36,625 nucleotides of DNA, from positions 1-36,625 of the IMG/VR virus record IMGVR_UViG_3300031920_000020, one strand, 5' to 3'. The notes beneath the pieces are model-generated. The model was not told the origin of the DNA, did not search any database, and was given only the letters and a program-made list of their open reading frames with translations. How positions within the stretch are numbered: position 1 is the first letter of the stretch; every line of letters starts with the position of its first letter. The stretch is from a virus. Below, piece after piece: positions 9,040 through 18,479 of this stretch. The position numbers and the translations under genes were made by a program.

Positions 9040-10350
9040 CTATCCTGTAAAATTATGGTTTCTATCCATCTTCTTAGTCACTGCTTTGGGCTCACCTGCA
9101 TCCTTCGTTATTATGTTTAGCCAGCCTCCTTTTCCATTCTTCACCTCAAACGCAGGACTGACTGTATTAGTCATAAACTTGTGAGCAAACTTAACATCTA
9201 CAGAACCCTGAGAGAACTTATACTCTTCTATGATAGGCGCTCCATTTACCTCTACAGCGGCTTGATTATATAGGGACACTCTTCTATTAAGGAGTCCTCT
9301 ACTGAGTTCTCCAGCAGATCTTATAAAATCTAGGGCTGCTATCATAGCCTCTGTAGTGAAGCCTTTGTTGGCAAGTGCCTTAGCTTTTGGGTTCTTATCA
9401 ATGGCTCCAGCTCCTCCGTTATACGTGAGGTCGGTCCAGAATACTCTCTCTCCCTCAGTCATATCATCCCACTTAGTAAGTCTCTTCTTGGCACTCTTCC
9501 TAGAGTTCTCTTGAGCGGAACGTAACATAGAGTCTGCTTGCTCCCTAGTAGCTCCTTTGCTTATATCAAGTGGAACTCCATCCACTACAGGCCAGTTCTT
9601 CTTATCCTTAGAGAACCATTTCTCTGGTACCTTTATACCATACCCAATCTCAAATTTACTCATACTCTTATCTGGACCTCTACCTTCTGCTGACTCAAAT
9701 GGCATGAACCGATCCCCTGTCTTGCCCTTCACTAACCCTCTCTCTTCGGGGTTCTCCATAGACTTAAGTTGATTGTAATGTGAGGTTACGGCTTGCTGCT
9801 CTGACTGACTAGATACAAGAGTACCCCCTTCAAACTTCTTTAGGTCTATATCAAAGGCTGCATCTACAGCAGCCTCATCAGCTCCTTCATCACTCTCTAA
9901 GAAGCTTGTAAGCTCAGGTGGATAAACATCAAAGTCATCCTCCAGAATACCTTTCTTGGGTAGTTGTATCTGCTCAAGATCTCCCCTGAACATGAGAGGA
10001 ACATTATCCTCCCTAGCAACTGCACCCTCAAAAGAGAGATCAATTGGTAATGTGTTAAACGCTGCATCAACCTGCCTCTCAGTGAGATCCTTCTTAGCAA
10101 AGGCTTCGTCAACCTGGGCTTCTGTCAAAGGCTTCTGTGCAAATGCTGCATCTACTTCCCCCTCTGTTAGCACAGTAGCTTCAACCTTTGCTGGAGGATC
10201 GGTAGGGGCAGTAGTAGGTGGATTAGTGCTTACACTCTCTCTGTTACTAGGTGCAACATTACTAGGCTCTCTAGGTATGAGCCACTTCTCACGGATTGAG
10301 TCCATTGATTTCCCGTCTAATCCTACTGTAACACTAACTCCACCTGGCAT
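9040..10350 (-). CDS. Internal virion protein with C-terminal phage-lysozyme-like (GH24-like) domain
   Basis: 436 aa. Lysozyme-like motifs are FESAEGRG..EIGYGIKV...TDLTYNGG...GLLNRRVSLYN. The N-terminal half carries four VD(A/E)AF repeats. Confidence 0.65.
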   Translation of the reverse strand: MPGGVSVTVGLDGKSMDSIREKWLIPREPSNVAPSNRESVSTNPPTTAPTDPPAKVEATVLTEGEVDAAFAQKPLTEAQVDEAFAKKDLTERQVDAAFNTLPIDLSFEGAVAREDNVPLMFRGDLEQIQLPKKGILEDDFDVYPPELTSFLESDEGADEAAVDAAFDIDLKKFEGGTLVSSQSEQQAVTSHYNQLKSMENPEERGLVKGKTGDRFMPFESAEGRGPDKSMSKFEIGYGIKVPEKWFSKDKKNWPVVDGVPLDISKGATREQADSMLRSAQENSRKSAKKRLTKWDDMTEGERVFWTDLTYNGGAGAIDKNPKAKALANKGFTTEAMIAALDFIRSAGELSRGLLNRRVSLYNQAAVEVNGAPIIEEYKFSQGSVDVKFAHKFMTNTVSPAFEVKNGKGGWLNIITKDAGEPKAVTKKMDRNHNFTG

Positions 10351-12641
10351 TATCTACCTCCCTTTAATTTTATTGACTCTGTTATAGCAGCCTCCCTGTC
10401 AGCTAACCGCTTCTTACGAGCTTCGTTAACCTGCTTTAGTCTGAAAGCATCCTTAACTTTCTGCTTCTCACGGAGAGGAGCTTCTTTATCAAACCTAGTC
10501 TGTGCAGGAGAAGGAGCATGACTGAGACTTTGGGCCACTGCTGCTGCTCTAGCTGACCGTATACGTTCTGCTTCATCCTCTCCTTCCTGCTGCTTATCAG
10601 CTACTACCTTAGTAGCAGAAGCATTGTAACGATTAACAAAGTTCTTCATCTCACTCATAGGCTGGGTAGTTGATATAATTGAACCATGGCTAGTAGCCAG
10701 CCACATATTCCCACTATCAACATCAGTCTTAAGAAAGACATCATCAGCACTCATACCAAGAGCACTCAACTGTTCATCAAACAGGTCTATCGACTCAAAC
10801 TTATATCTTCCTATCCCATCATCTAGATGGTCATTGTCAACTCTAGTTAGCTCATGAATCTGATCCTCTGATCCATTCAACCTAGCACCAGATTCAGTAG
10901 TCATCCACTTCTTTCCGATCCATGACTTCAAGATAGCCTTAGAGCTGTCAGACCCTGGGTGAGGCTGGAGTCTTACCATCTCCCGTATCTGAGAAAATAC
11001 ATCCTCTCTCTGATTCTCAGGGATATCCTTCACCCACCAGTAGTACTCTGAAGAAGACATTATATCTTCTGTTACCTCATTTATTTCCTTCGCCGAAGTA
11101 ACGATGTTACGATCTTCATCTCTCTGAGCGTTAGCAACTGCCTCAATATCGTTGAAGAGTAGTTCCTTCTGGTACTGTATCCTTCTTAATATACTAGACT
11201 CTCTACTCCCTGCCTTCCTAGCGTAGGTGTCGAAAGCTGTAGGAGACATGTTCTTAATCATTGCCATTGTTGCAGTTGCCTTGTCAGACATCTTCCGTTC
11301 TCCAGAACTCTCATCAATCTCAGCAGGAACGTTAGTCCTCGCCAATGATGTAAAGTCTGAGACCCACTGCTTGTACAAAGCATTGGATTGAACAGTCTGG
11401 TCAGCAATCATCATAGTCCTAGTAACAGTAGCATTAGACAAGAATTTCTGTTTATCCGGTCCTGACATACCAGTAGTCTGCGACTCAGCATAATCCTCAG
11501 AGTTCTTTATCATAAACCCTATAGTACCTTGAACCTCGGAGTCCTTATAACTAGCCAGGCTAGTCGTATTAGGATCAGTGAGACCATCTACTATCTTACC
11601 CTGTCTCCAAGCAGTAGCGTCAGAAGTATCCATGTCCCTCATCAACTTACCGAACTGGGCAGCAGACATGAACTTATTCCCAGTCTCTGCATTCTTTGCA
11701 TCTACAAAGAGCTTGACTTCATCCCTTGTCATACTCGACGGGTTCCCATTTAGTCCTAACGCCCTTCCTTCAAGATCCTGTCTCTGCACTTCATACTCAA
11801 TAGCATTGTTAGCTTGGAGCTGATTGAAGTTATCCTTCTCTACCTTCTGGATCTTACCACTACGTGTATACAAGGAGGTCTTCCTATCTCCCGTGTAAGC
11901 CTTAGCAAGTTCAACAAGTGATGGATCTTTCGACAAGATGATAGCATTCTCTAGAGCTTCATCCTTCTGGGAAGACGTGAGCTTGAGGGACTCCAACATT
12001 CCGTTAGTAACATTTAGCATGTCCTTTGGATCAGCACTCTGTAAGCCACCATCTCTTGCAGCATTAACAAACACGTCCGTAGCAGAGTTAATCCTACCCT
12101 CAATCTCAAATCCAACCTTAGCTGCTGCTCTCTTCAGTCCTACCTGTGGCATTGCCTCCCTCATAGAGACTGCTGCAAGCTTCTGTAGTTCTATACCTTT
12201 TACATAAGTTGGATAGTTCAGCATGAGGAAATCATCCTGCTGTCTGTACTCTTCCCTTATAGCTTCCCTAAACTCCTCATCATTTATATTCTGTGAAGCC
12301 AGCTCATTTAGCCTAGAGGTAGCTCCCATCGTCTGTCCTTTAATAGCAACAGCTACATGAGCCTTATATCCCGCGTTAGTAGCATCATCAGTGGGATTGT
12401 ATCCCTCCATAGCTAGTGCAGTCTGTACAGCAACATCGGCCTCTACCTTCTTGGCAGTCTTCTTTATAAACTCATCACCAGCTATCCCAGCAAATCCTAT
12501 CAGAGCATTTGCTATCTCTGTCCCACTCGGTCCCTCCTGAACGGGTGGTCTAAATTGACCCACCCTAGATGCTAAGTCAGGTGAAGAGTTTGCTCTTCCT
12601 ACTTTTGGCCCCAAGGTAAAGGGGTTTCTCTCATCTGCCAT
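10350..12641 (-). CDS. Internal core protein (gp15-like)
   Basis: 763 aa. Position and size match T7 gp15. AAGGAGG SD is present and the TAATG stop-start overlaps the next gene. Confidence 0.6.
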   Translation of the reverse strand: MADERNPFTLGPKVGRANSSPDLASRVGQFRPPVQEGPSGTEIANALIGFAGIAGDEFIKKTAKKVEADVAVQTALAMEGYNPTDDATNAGYKAHVAVAIKGQTMGATSRLNELASQNINDEEFREAIREEYRQQDDFLMLNYPTYVKGIELQKLAAVSMREAMPQVGLKRAAAKVGFEIEGRINSATDVFVNAARDGGLQSADPKDMLNVTNGMLESLKLTSSQKDEALENAIILSKDPSLVELAKAYTGDRKTSLYTRSGKIQKVEKDNFNQLQANNAIEYEVQRQDLEGRALGLNGNPSSMTRDEVKLFVDAKNAETGNKFMSAAQFGKLMRDMDTSDATAWRQGKIVDGLTDPNTTSLASYKDSEVQGTIGFMIKNSEDYAESQTTGMSGPDKQKFLSNATVTRTMMIADQTVQSNALYKQWVSDFTSLARTNVPAEIDESSGERKMSDKATATMAMIKNMSPTAFDTYARKAGSRESSILRRIQYQKELLFNDIEAVANAQRDEDRNIVTSAKEINEVTEDIMSSSEYYWWVKDIPENQREDVFSQIREMVRLQPHPGSDSSKAILKSWIGKKWMTTESGARLNGSEDQIHELTRVDNDHLDDGIGRYKFESIDLFDEQLSALGMSADDVFLKTDVDSGNMWLATSHGSIISTTQPMSEMKNFVNRYNASATKVVADKQQEGEDEAERIRSARAAAVAQSLSHAPSPAQTRFDKEAPLREKQKVKDAFRLKQVNEARKKRLADREAAITESIKLKGGR

Positions 12642-12656
12642 ACACTCCTCCTTTTG

Positions 12657-13328
12657 TTATACTCCTCCCTGACCTCCAGGGCTGCTAGTCCTTGATCCGA
12701 AGCCTACGTTGCCTGTGAAGTTAATCTTCCCTGTTGTCTTACCTGTGGTAGATCCAGGGATAGCTTGCTGTGCAGACTTATATGCTCCTGCGACTCTTCC
12801 AGCGAGGGGAGAGACAGTATTGAAAGTGCTTAATCCAGTCTGAATAGCTGAGAAGAAAGCTGGCTTCTTGATTGCTACCTTCTTCCTGCTCTGAGTATTA
12901 GCTTGAATCCTCTCAGCAGTGTTAACTACATCATCCAGTTGAGAGTCCCTGGTCTGTGTTATGTCAGCCATCCTACCACCGAACCCTGTCTTGATATCCT
13001 GTAATGCTATATTCACTGAGTTACCATAAGTGCCTGTCACTGCTGCTTGAAGTCCAACCTGACTACGTGCCTCCAGCAACTGCCTCTGTGCTTCAAGGGA
13101 GCTAGCATGTGACTCATATATAATATCCTTCTCAGCAGAATCTAGCTCCTTATATTGCCTCATAGCATCAGCATGTAATCTCTCATTATACTCATTAGCA
13201 GCTTTCTTCTCTGCCCTATTCTGCTGAGTAGTCTGAACGAATGCCACTGCTGCTGACATAGCAGCAATAGCAGTAGATGCAGCAGTAGCCATCTGTACCG
13301 CAGTCATGGCTGCAAGTGTTACTCCCAT
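12657..13328 (-). CDS. Internal virion protein (gp14-like position)
   Basis: The start is trimmed to MGVTLAAM (ATG 13328), preceded by AAGGAG. The longer track ORF would overlap the upstream gene. The N-terminus is Ala-rich and hydrophobic. Confidence 0.5.
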   Translation of the reverse strand: MGVTLAAMTAVQMATAASTAIAAMSAAVAFVQTTQQNRAEKKAANEYNERLHADAMRQYKELDSAEKDIIYESHASSLEAQRQLLEARSQVGLQAAVTGTYGNSVNIALQDIKTGFGGRMADITQTRDSQLDDVVNTAERIQANTQSRKKVAIKKPAFFSAIQTGLSTFNTVSPLAGRVAGAYKSAQQAIPGSTTGKTTGKINFTGNVGFGSRTSSPGGQGGV

Positions 13329-13329
13329 A

Positions 13330-15765
13330 TTATAGTCTCCTTCCTCTACGCGAGAGTGTTCCATCAAACGAGAAGTCCCTTACACGTAATGGTAAGTAAC
13401 TGTCTGTAGTAAATGTTAAATCGTATCTATCTGACTTCTGCTTTATAGGTATCTTATAGACACCCTCTGATAAAGGAGCAAACCCTACTATATTATTAGC
13501 TGCGCCGAATCTCCTATGGTTATAATCTACACTTCTCACACTACCACTAGCATTAGTAACTATTGCTGTAAGCTCACCAGCAGTTTCGTAGTTCATATAG
13601 AAAGCCTTGATGGTAAGCCTATCAAGATTCATAGCTTGCCCATTTTGGTCTAGTGGCACTGGGTTGGTAGGTGTGTAGGTCTGTTGGAATGTAACACCCA
13701 CCTCCGTGACTGCTGTAGGTTGATCACTCATGTCATCTTCAGTTACTAAAAGAGCACCGTCTCGCTCCAGCAGAAGAGCAAGACCTACATCACTCGCATA
13801 TCCAGTTGTTAAGATAGCCCTAAGATCAGCTATATCAACACTTGGCAACGGATCAGTAGCTTCCCACCTCTCATTTATTGTAGAGTAGGTGAACGTGAGT
13901 CCTCTCTTCCTGTCCAGCCCTATATGAAAGCCTGTATCATCATTAGGTGAGTCACCCATATCCAGAACCTCTATTGAGACCTCACTACCATGTAACATCA
14001 CTAAGTATAGCTTCTCTTCATTAAACTCGAAGTGCAGGATGTTTGATCCAGCAGGGAATATAAACCTGCCCCAAGCGCTCTGTACCTTCTCAGCCCCCTG
14101 CCACAGCCAATCATATAGATAGAGTACGTTATCATCATTGGTGGTCTTGACAGCTAATATGTTGAGGCTTGTTGATGCTTTCATCATGGAGGGCTGTCCA
14201 ATCAAGTACTTCTTTACATGATCAGTTATTGGCCTGGCCTTCTTAGTATCAGTAACAGAGTCAGTGAAGAACTCACGTATCCCTGTAAAGTTTCCGTACT
14301 TGAATGCGAACATGATAGCATCACCTGTAGCAACAGGATCAACTAGCATCTCAGTCTCAAAGGATGTAACCTGTCTGAGTGTAGCTGTTGTCTTAGTCAA
14401 TGGTTTGCTTCCATCCATTAGGAACTGTCCGCTCTTGCTGAAGAATACTAAGTCTCCATCAAAGGCAATATGCGACTCTAAGAAGTTGACCTGAGGTACA
14501 TCAGCAAACACATCAATAGGGTCTGTGTCCAAGCTGGCCTGTGCTGTTGATCTGTAGAAGTCAAAGAATTTATCAGACCTGCTCATAATAACTGACTCTC
14601 CAGATGTAAAGAGGATACGGTTCTGCATCATTCCTATTGAGGTAATGGTAGAATCAATAAATGTAGGCTGTGGATTAGTATCATTACTACCTACCTTTCT
14701 ATCCTCCCACTCTCCCTCCCTGAGTGTGAATGTAGCCACCCCTAGTCCATCAATACTTTCCCTTACTAGAACGTGTGGCATAGTTGACTTATCCGGGCCG
14801 ACAGAGATCCCAGGAGCTATAGCCTCTCTCCAAGTGATATGGTCAGCATCAGTGTTCACTGCTTTAAGCCAGAAGTTATTTGAGTTCTCATCATTCGCCC
14901 CTGGAGGATCAATCTCTATAAGGAAGCCCTCTGGTGCTACCCCAGGAAGTAATGCTGTATCCTCTAGCTTCCCTTGGATACCAACAGCATTCTCCCCATC
15001 CACATAATCGCTGACTGATATAGTGAAAGCAGCAGAGTCAACTCTACTTATAACTATGGTGTTCTCTACTTGCTCAAAGTTGTAAGTCCCTGATACATCT
15101 CCTGTGGGGGATTCCCATGCGCCTCCATCATCACTTGCTGTATTCCCTCCTAATGCTAGGACTAAAACCTCACAAACCCTATTAGGTATAGTCCCCTTGA
15201 TATCTGTAGGATTATCACCATTACGTGTTTTGAATTTAGCCACCTCTACCCCATCAAGAGTAATACTCTGGGTCTGAGCGTAGTCTATGAACTGACAGTA
15301 GAAGAGAGCCTCTTCAGAAATGGCTGTAGTATTAGTGGTAGAAGCTTCAACAACAATCTCTCTGTTAACAAAGAATGTAAAATCTCCTATAGTTATTGCT
15401 CGAAGATCTGAGAGAGGTTGAGCACTTGCAAGGTAAGCAGCTTCAGAGTTATCCTGCACGTTGACGATGTGCTCTTGCCCATCTGGACTCCACACTCTAG
15501 TCTTTCCTGTTGTTGCTTCTATGGAGATGAAGTACTCCTCACTTACCCCTCTCTCATAATGATACCACATGCTGGTCGTGGAGGCCAGTGCAGTGGTAAG
15601 ATCTGCTGTCAGATCAGTCCCTGGCCTAGTGATCAGCCCTTGAACAACGTCTGGTCTTAAGTTGTCTGATGTGGTGCACTGACCTGGTAACCTAGTCTTC
15701 TCTGGTTGCTGAGATACACCCTGTATGGGTCTACCTTGATTTGATGTTACGTATGAAGTGCCCAT
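13330..15765 (-). CDS. Tail tubular protein B (gp12-like)
   Basis: 811 aa. The N-terminus GVSQQPEKTRLPGQ...NLRPDVVQGLITRPG is typical of gp12 homologues. Position and SD (AAGGAG) support the call. Confidence 0.85.
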   Translation of the reverse strand: MGTSYVTSNQGRPIQGVSQQPEKTRLPGQCTTSDNLRPDVVQGLITRPGTDLTADLTTALASTTSMWYHYERGVSEEYFISIEATTGKTRVWSPDGQEHIVNVQDNSEAAYLASAQPLSDLRAITIGDFTFFVNREIVVEASTTNTTAISEEALFYCQFIDYAQTQSITLDGVEVAKFKTRNGDNPTDIKGTIPNRVCEVLVLALGGNTASDDGGAWESPTGDVSGTYNFEQVENTIVISRVDSAAFTISVSDYVDGENAVGIQGKLEDTALLPGVAPEGFLIEIDPPGANDENSNNFWLKAVNTDADHITWREAIAPGISVGPDKSTMPHVLVRESIDGLGVATFTLREGEWEDRKVGSNDTNPQPTFIDSTITSIGMMQNRILFTSGESVIMSRSDKFFDFYRSTAQASLDTDPIDVFADVPQVNFLESHIAFDGDLVFFSKSGQFLMDGSKPLTKTTATLRQVTSFETEMLVDPVATGDAIMFAFKYGNFTGIREFFTDSVTDTKKARPITDHVKKYLIGQPSMMKASTSLNILAVKTTNDDNVLYLYDWLWQGAEKVQSAWGRFIFPAGSNILHFEFNEEKLYLVMLHGSEVSIEVLDMGDSPNDDTGFHIGLDRKRGLTFTYSTINERWEATDPLPSVDIADLRAILTTGYASDVGLALLLERDGALLVTEDDMSDQPTAVTEVGVTFQQTYTPTNPVPLDQNGQAMNLDRLTIKAFYMNYETAGELTAIVTNASGSVRSVDYNHRRFGAANNIVGFAPLSEGVYKIPIKQKSDRYDLTFTTDSYLPLRVRDFSFDGTLSRRGRRL

Positions 15766-15774
15766 ATATCTCCT

Positions 15775-16437
15775 TTATATAATCCAAGAGTCTCGCTTAG
15801 GGTATCCATATACAGCAGAGTTAGCATTGGCCCCTGAGACTCTTGATAGAAACCCTGATATAGATGCGTTATCTCTAAAGCTGTTCCTTCGCTTATTTCT
15901 TGAGTCTTCTCTAAGAAGGGCTATGTTTGCAGACTTTTCATCTCTGGATTGGAATGTCCATCTGTCTTTATCAACTTCACTATCCTGAGCGAACAATCTT
16001 CTAGATGTGAATGTAACTGCTGATCTGAATACAGGTGGAAGATCATTCCATTGCAGTTCAGTTATGAATGTGAACTCTACATAGATAATATCATTAGCAC
16101 CTGAAATAGCTCTCTCTCTCAAGTCATTAGTGTGGTTGACTGTATCATAAATGTACTGGCCTCTGATTACAAGACCTTGGCCCCAAGAATCTCCAGTCGG
16201 AACTATAGAGATTGCTGATGGAGGCACAGATATAAACCCAGTTATAGAGTCAGGAGTTAACTTCCAGTTACCCTCTTTGTTAAACCACCATCCTCTTGAT
16301 TGCAGACTATGTGCTACCTCATCAATAGTATTAGATGCTGTTGAGGCATCTAGGTCATCATCATCCTCTGTTACTACAGGTGCTATGCCTATCCCTCTTA
16401 AGCAAGAGTTGATAGCGTCTATTTTAGTACGGCCCAT
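15775..16437 (-). CDS. Tail tubular protein A (gp11-like)
   Basis: The start is trimmed to MGRTKIDAINSCLRGIGIAPV...LQSRGWWFN (ATG 16437) with AAGGAGGT upstream. The 13 extra codons in the track ORF are the terminator hairpin read as protein. Confidence 0.8.
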   Translation of the reverse strand: MGRTKIDAINSCLRGIGIAPVVTEDDDDLDASTASNTIDEVAHSLQSRGWWFNKEGNWKLTPDSITGFISVPPSAISIVPTGDSWGQGLVIRGQYIYDTVNHTNDLRERAISGANDIIYVEFTFITELQWNDLPPVFRSAVTFTSRRLFAQDSEVDKDRWTFQSRDEKSANIALLREDSRNKRRNSFRDNASISGFLSRVSGANANSAVYGYPKRDSWII

Positions 16438-16452
16438 TCTTACCTCCTTATC

Positions 16453-16492
16453 AAAAAGAACCCCCCCACCATTCAATAGGTAGGAGGGTTCT
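16453..16492 (-). terminator. Hairpin plus U-run terminator downstream of the capsid gene (T-phi-like position)
   Basis: Minus strand reads AGAACCC-U-CCUACC-UAUUGAAU-GGUGGG-G-GGGUUCU followed by UUUUG. It is followed directly by the SD of the next gene. Confidence 0.75.
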
Positions 16493-16503
16493 GATAGTTC
16501 AAT

Positions 16504-16519
16504 GTCTCACGTGTGAGAC
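16504..16519. promoter_or_regulatory. Dyad GTCTCAC-GT-GTGAGAC (copy 1 of 3)
   Basis: 7-bp inverted repeat with a 2-nt spacer, 14 nt downstream of the capsid stop. The flanks GTTGAAT/ATTGAAC extend the pairing. Confidence 0.6.
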
Positions 16520-16532
16520 TAATTCAACCTCA

Positions 16533-17633
16533 TCAGGCGTATACTTTAGTAGCGGTAGACTTGCCCTTAGCCTTAGCGAGGACAGCAGCATTATCAGCAA
16601 CAGCCGTTGAACCAACAACAGCAAGGTTGTCAAAGCGATCTGGAATAGCACCTTCAGATAGCCAAGAGTCAATGAAGAATGTCTTGGACTTCTTATCAAA
16701 GAAGATATCACCCTGCAACGTGATGGTACGACCAGTAAGCAGACCATCACTAGCATAAATGAGAGCATTAGCTGCTTGCATATCAGCGGTGACATCATAA
16801 CGATTACCGTTGTTAGCATTAGATAGTAAATGATGAGTCGCTCCAAAGTGTGGATTGAGCTTCATCTGAGTGAACTCAGCAGAACCCATGATAGGAATAT
16901 TCCATCCTTTCAATCGACCACGAAGTACAGCCATGCTAGTATCAACCATAGAGTCTCCACCCTGAACATCACCAATGAACTTGTAGTCATTGAGGATACC
17001 GAACTCAGAGATAGGAACAATGATCTTCATCTGGCCAACAGGTACACGTTGGATGATCAGGCCCATCAGAGCAATCTCAATTGCAGACATAAGCTGGTAA
17101 GGATCAGCAGCTTGAGTGTCATCATTCTTCAGCTCTACATTGATTGCAACACCCTGTCCAGAGACACGTGACACACCACCTGTAATAGTATTGGCATAAG
17201 GATCATATGCTCCACCAGTGAGCGCACCAGCAGCAACCTGCTGAATCACCATCTGATCTTCCATGATATTGAGCTTACCTACCTGATTCTTTGCAAGCTT
17301 GGTCATTACTTCAAAGTCATTCTGGATATCGTGGAGAGTATGGACAGAGTTACGTCCAAGCACGATGGTATCAATAAGTAGTGCGTTCTTGTTCATCTCA
17401 GTTGCAGTAGCATCTGGATCTTGCCCTGGAGTGAGAGTTTGCAGGGTAGTATCACCAATGGACTTATTAGATACCATGTTGGTTCCTACTACGTTCTGAA
17501 CCATGAAATCAGAGAGAAGACTCTCACCCTTCAGGTATTCTTGATGGACTACTCCAATGAACTTCTCAATGAGGAGTGTATCTACCTCGGTGTTATTGGC
17601 GACTGCCGGATTAGTTAGAATATTATCAGCCAT
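16533..17633 (-). CDS. Major capsid protein (gp10-like, HK97 fold)
   Basis: 366 aa. It lies between scaffold and tail tube. The N-terminal region resembles T7 gp10 (IEKFIGVVHQEY..., ...LIDTIVLGRNSVHTLHDIQNDFEV). It has a strong SD (AAGGAGG), its own promoter-like element and a terminator. Confidence 0.85.
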   Translation of the reverse strand: MADNILTNPAVANNTEVDTLLIEKFIGVVHQEYLKGESLLSDFMVQNVVGTNMVSNKSIGDTTLQTLTPGQDPDATATEMNKNALLIDTIVLGRNSVHTLHDIQNDFEVMTKLAKNQVGKLNIMEDQMVIQQVAAGALTGGAYDPYANTITGGVSRVSGQGVAINVELKNDDTQAADPYQLMSAIEIALMGLIIQRVPVGQMKIIVPISEFGILNDYKFIGDVQGGDSMVDTSMAVLRGRLKGWNIPIMGSAEFTQMKLNPHFGATHHLLSNANNGNRYDVTADMQAANALIYASDGLLTGRTITLQGDIFFDKKSKTFFIDSWLSEGAIPDRFDNLAVVGSTAVADNAAVLAKAKGKSTATKVYA

Positions 17634-17674
17634 GTATCCTCCTTGTCTTAATTATTAAGTATAAATCGTCTTCA

Positions 17675-17697
17675 CTCTTCTATGATGCAACCTAATT
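17675..17697 (-). promoter_or_regulatory. Phage-RNAP-type promoter-like 23-mer upstream of the capsid gene
   Basis: Minus strand reads AATTAGGTTGCATCATAGAAGAG. It matches the SP6 consensus ATTTAGGTGACACTATAGAAGAG (recalled) at 18/23 ungapped positions. It lies 47 nt upstream of the capsid ATG. Confidence 0.6.
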
Positions 17698-17714
17698 ATT
17701 TTATTAGGCTAGGG

Positions 17715-18479
17715 CTAGATTCCCTTGTTGATTCCAGCCTGTCTGAGCTTATCATACTTCGCAGGATCTTTATGGTACTCCCCAGTTGGGAACAAGGCAA
17801 GATACTCAGCTTTGGTAAGGGCAGTTATCACGTCACCCTTTCCATTATCTCCCTCTTCTAAGTCTAGTACTACTGAATCAGCAGAGAGGACAGGCTTACC
17901 AGCTACCTCAAACTTAGCATACATATCTTTAATCATCAACTGTTGCATCCGCATAGAGCCATGCTCCATAACGTTATTAAATTCCTCTACCTCATCAGGT
18001 GGTAGATTGCGCTGAGCATAATCCGCCATATCGTCCCAACGATCCTCACCACCCATCACCTCTAGGGTAGCATCCCATGCTTTCTGAGAAGCTGCTGTGA
18101 ACTCCTCTACCTGAGATTTATGAGCAGACAATGTATTATCATTCTGTGCTTTAATTCCAGCAAGATATGAATCTACTTGCCACTTCCCAAACTTATCATA
18201 AAGGCTATCTTTTGTCTCATCAGATAGTGAGAAGTCCTCTGAGGCATATAGCTCGGAAGCAACAGCGGATATATCAATTCCTGCTTCTCCTGCCAAATTA
18301 GCTAGGTCTGCTGGTATTGTGACAGTACCCTCAAAGTCACCAAGCTTTACTGAATCTTGAATAACATCTTCAGTTACAGCAACCCACTCACCTTCTGCTG
18401 GCTCTACTGGAATAACTGGCTCTGTAGGTTCTACTGGAATAACTGGCTCTATTGGATCTATTACAATCTCTTCACTCAT
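17715..18479 (-). CDS. Scaffolding protein (gp9-like)
   Basis: 254 aa and acidic, between portal and capsid, with an ATGA overlap to the portal stop. The N-terminus has a tandem 27-nt/9-aa repeat (EPVIPVEPT x2; 18412..18459). Confidence 0.7.
   Translation of the reverse strand: MSEEIVIDPIEPVIPVEPTEPVIPVEPAEGEWVAVTEDVIQDSVKLGDFEGTVTIPADLANLAGEAGIDISAVASELYASEDFSLSDETKDSLYDKFGKWQVDSYLAGIKAQNDNTLSAHKSQVEEFTAASQKAWDATLEVMGGEDRWDDMADYAQRNLPPDEVEEFNNVMEHGSMRMQQLMIKDMYAKFEVAGKPVLSADSVVLDLEEGDNGKGDVITALTKAEYLALFPTGEYHKDPAKYDKLRQAGINKGI

Noticed and set aside
16438-16476. N-terminal extensions of several track ORFs (16476, 26181, 13367, 25700, 32262, 21472, 21675, 26102).
   Set aside because: The extensions translate terminator hairpins or the 3' ends of upstream genes, and some start at TTG. 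Internal ATG or GTG codons preceded by GGAGG-type SDs give compact coupled starts.
16499-16846. Minus-strand alternative-frame ORFs nested in real genes (16499..16846, 7891..8121, 9897..10112, 26232..26519, 28033..28305, 29602..29931, 32617..32877, 33082..33303).
   Set aside because: They overlap the capsid, gp16-like, lysozyme-protein, acidic-protein, DUF1353, DNAP and primase-helicase genes out of frame. They have no SD or motif support.
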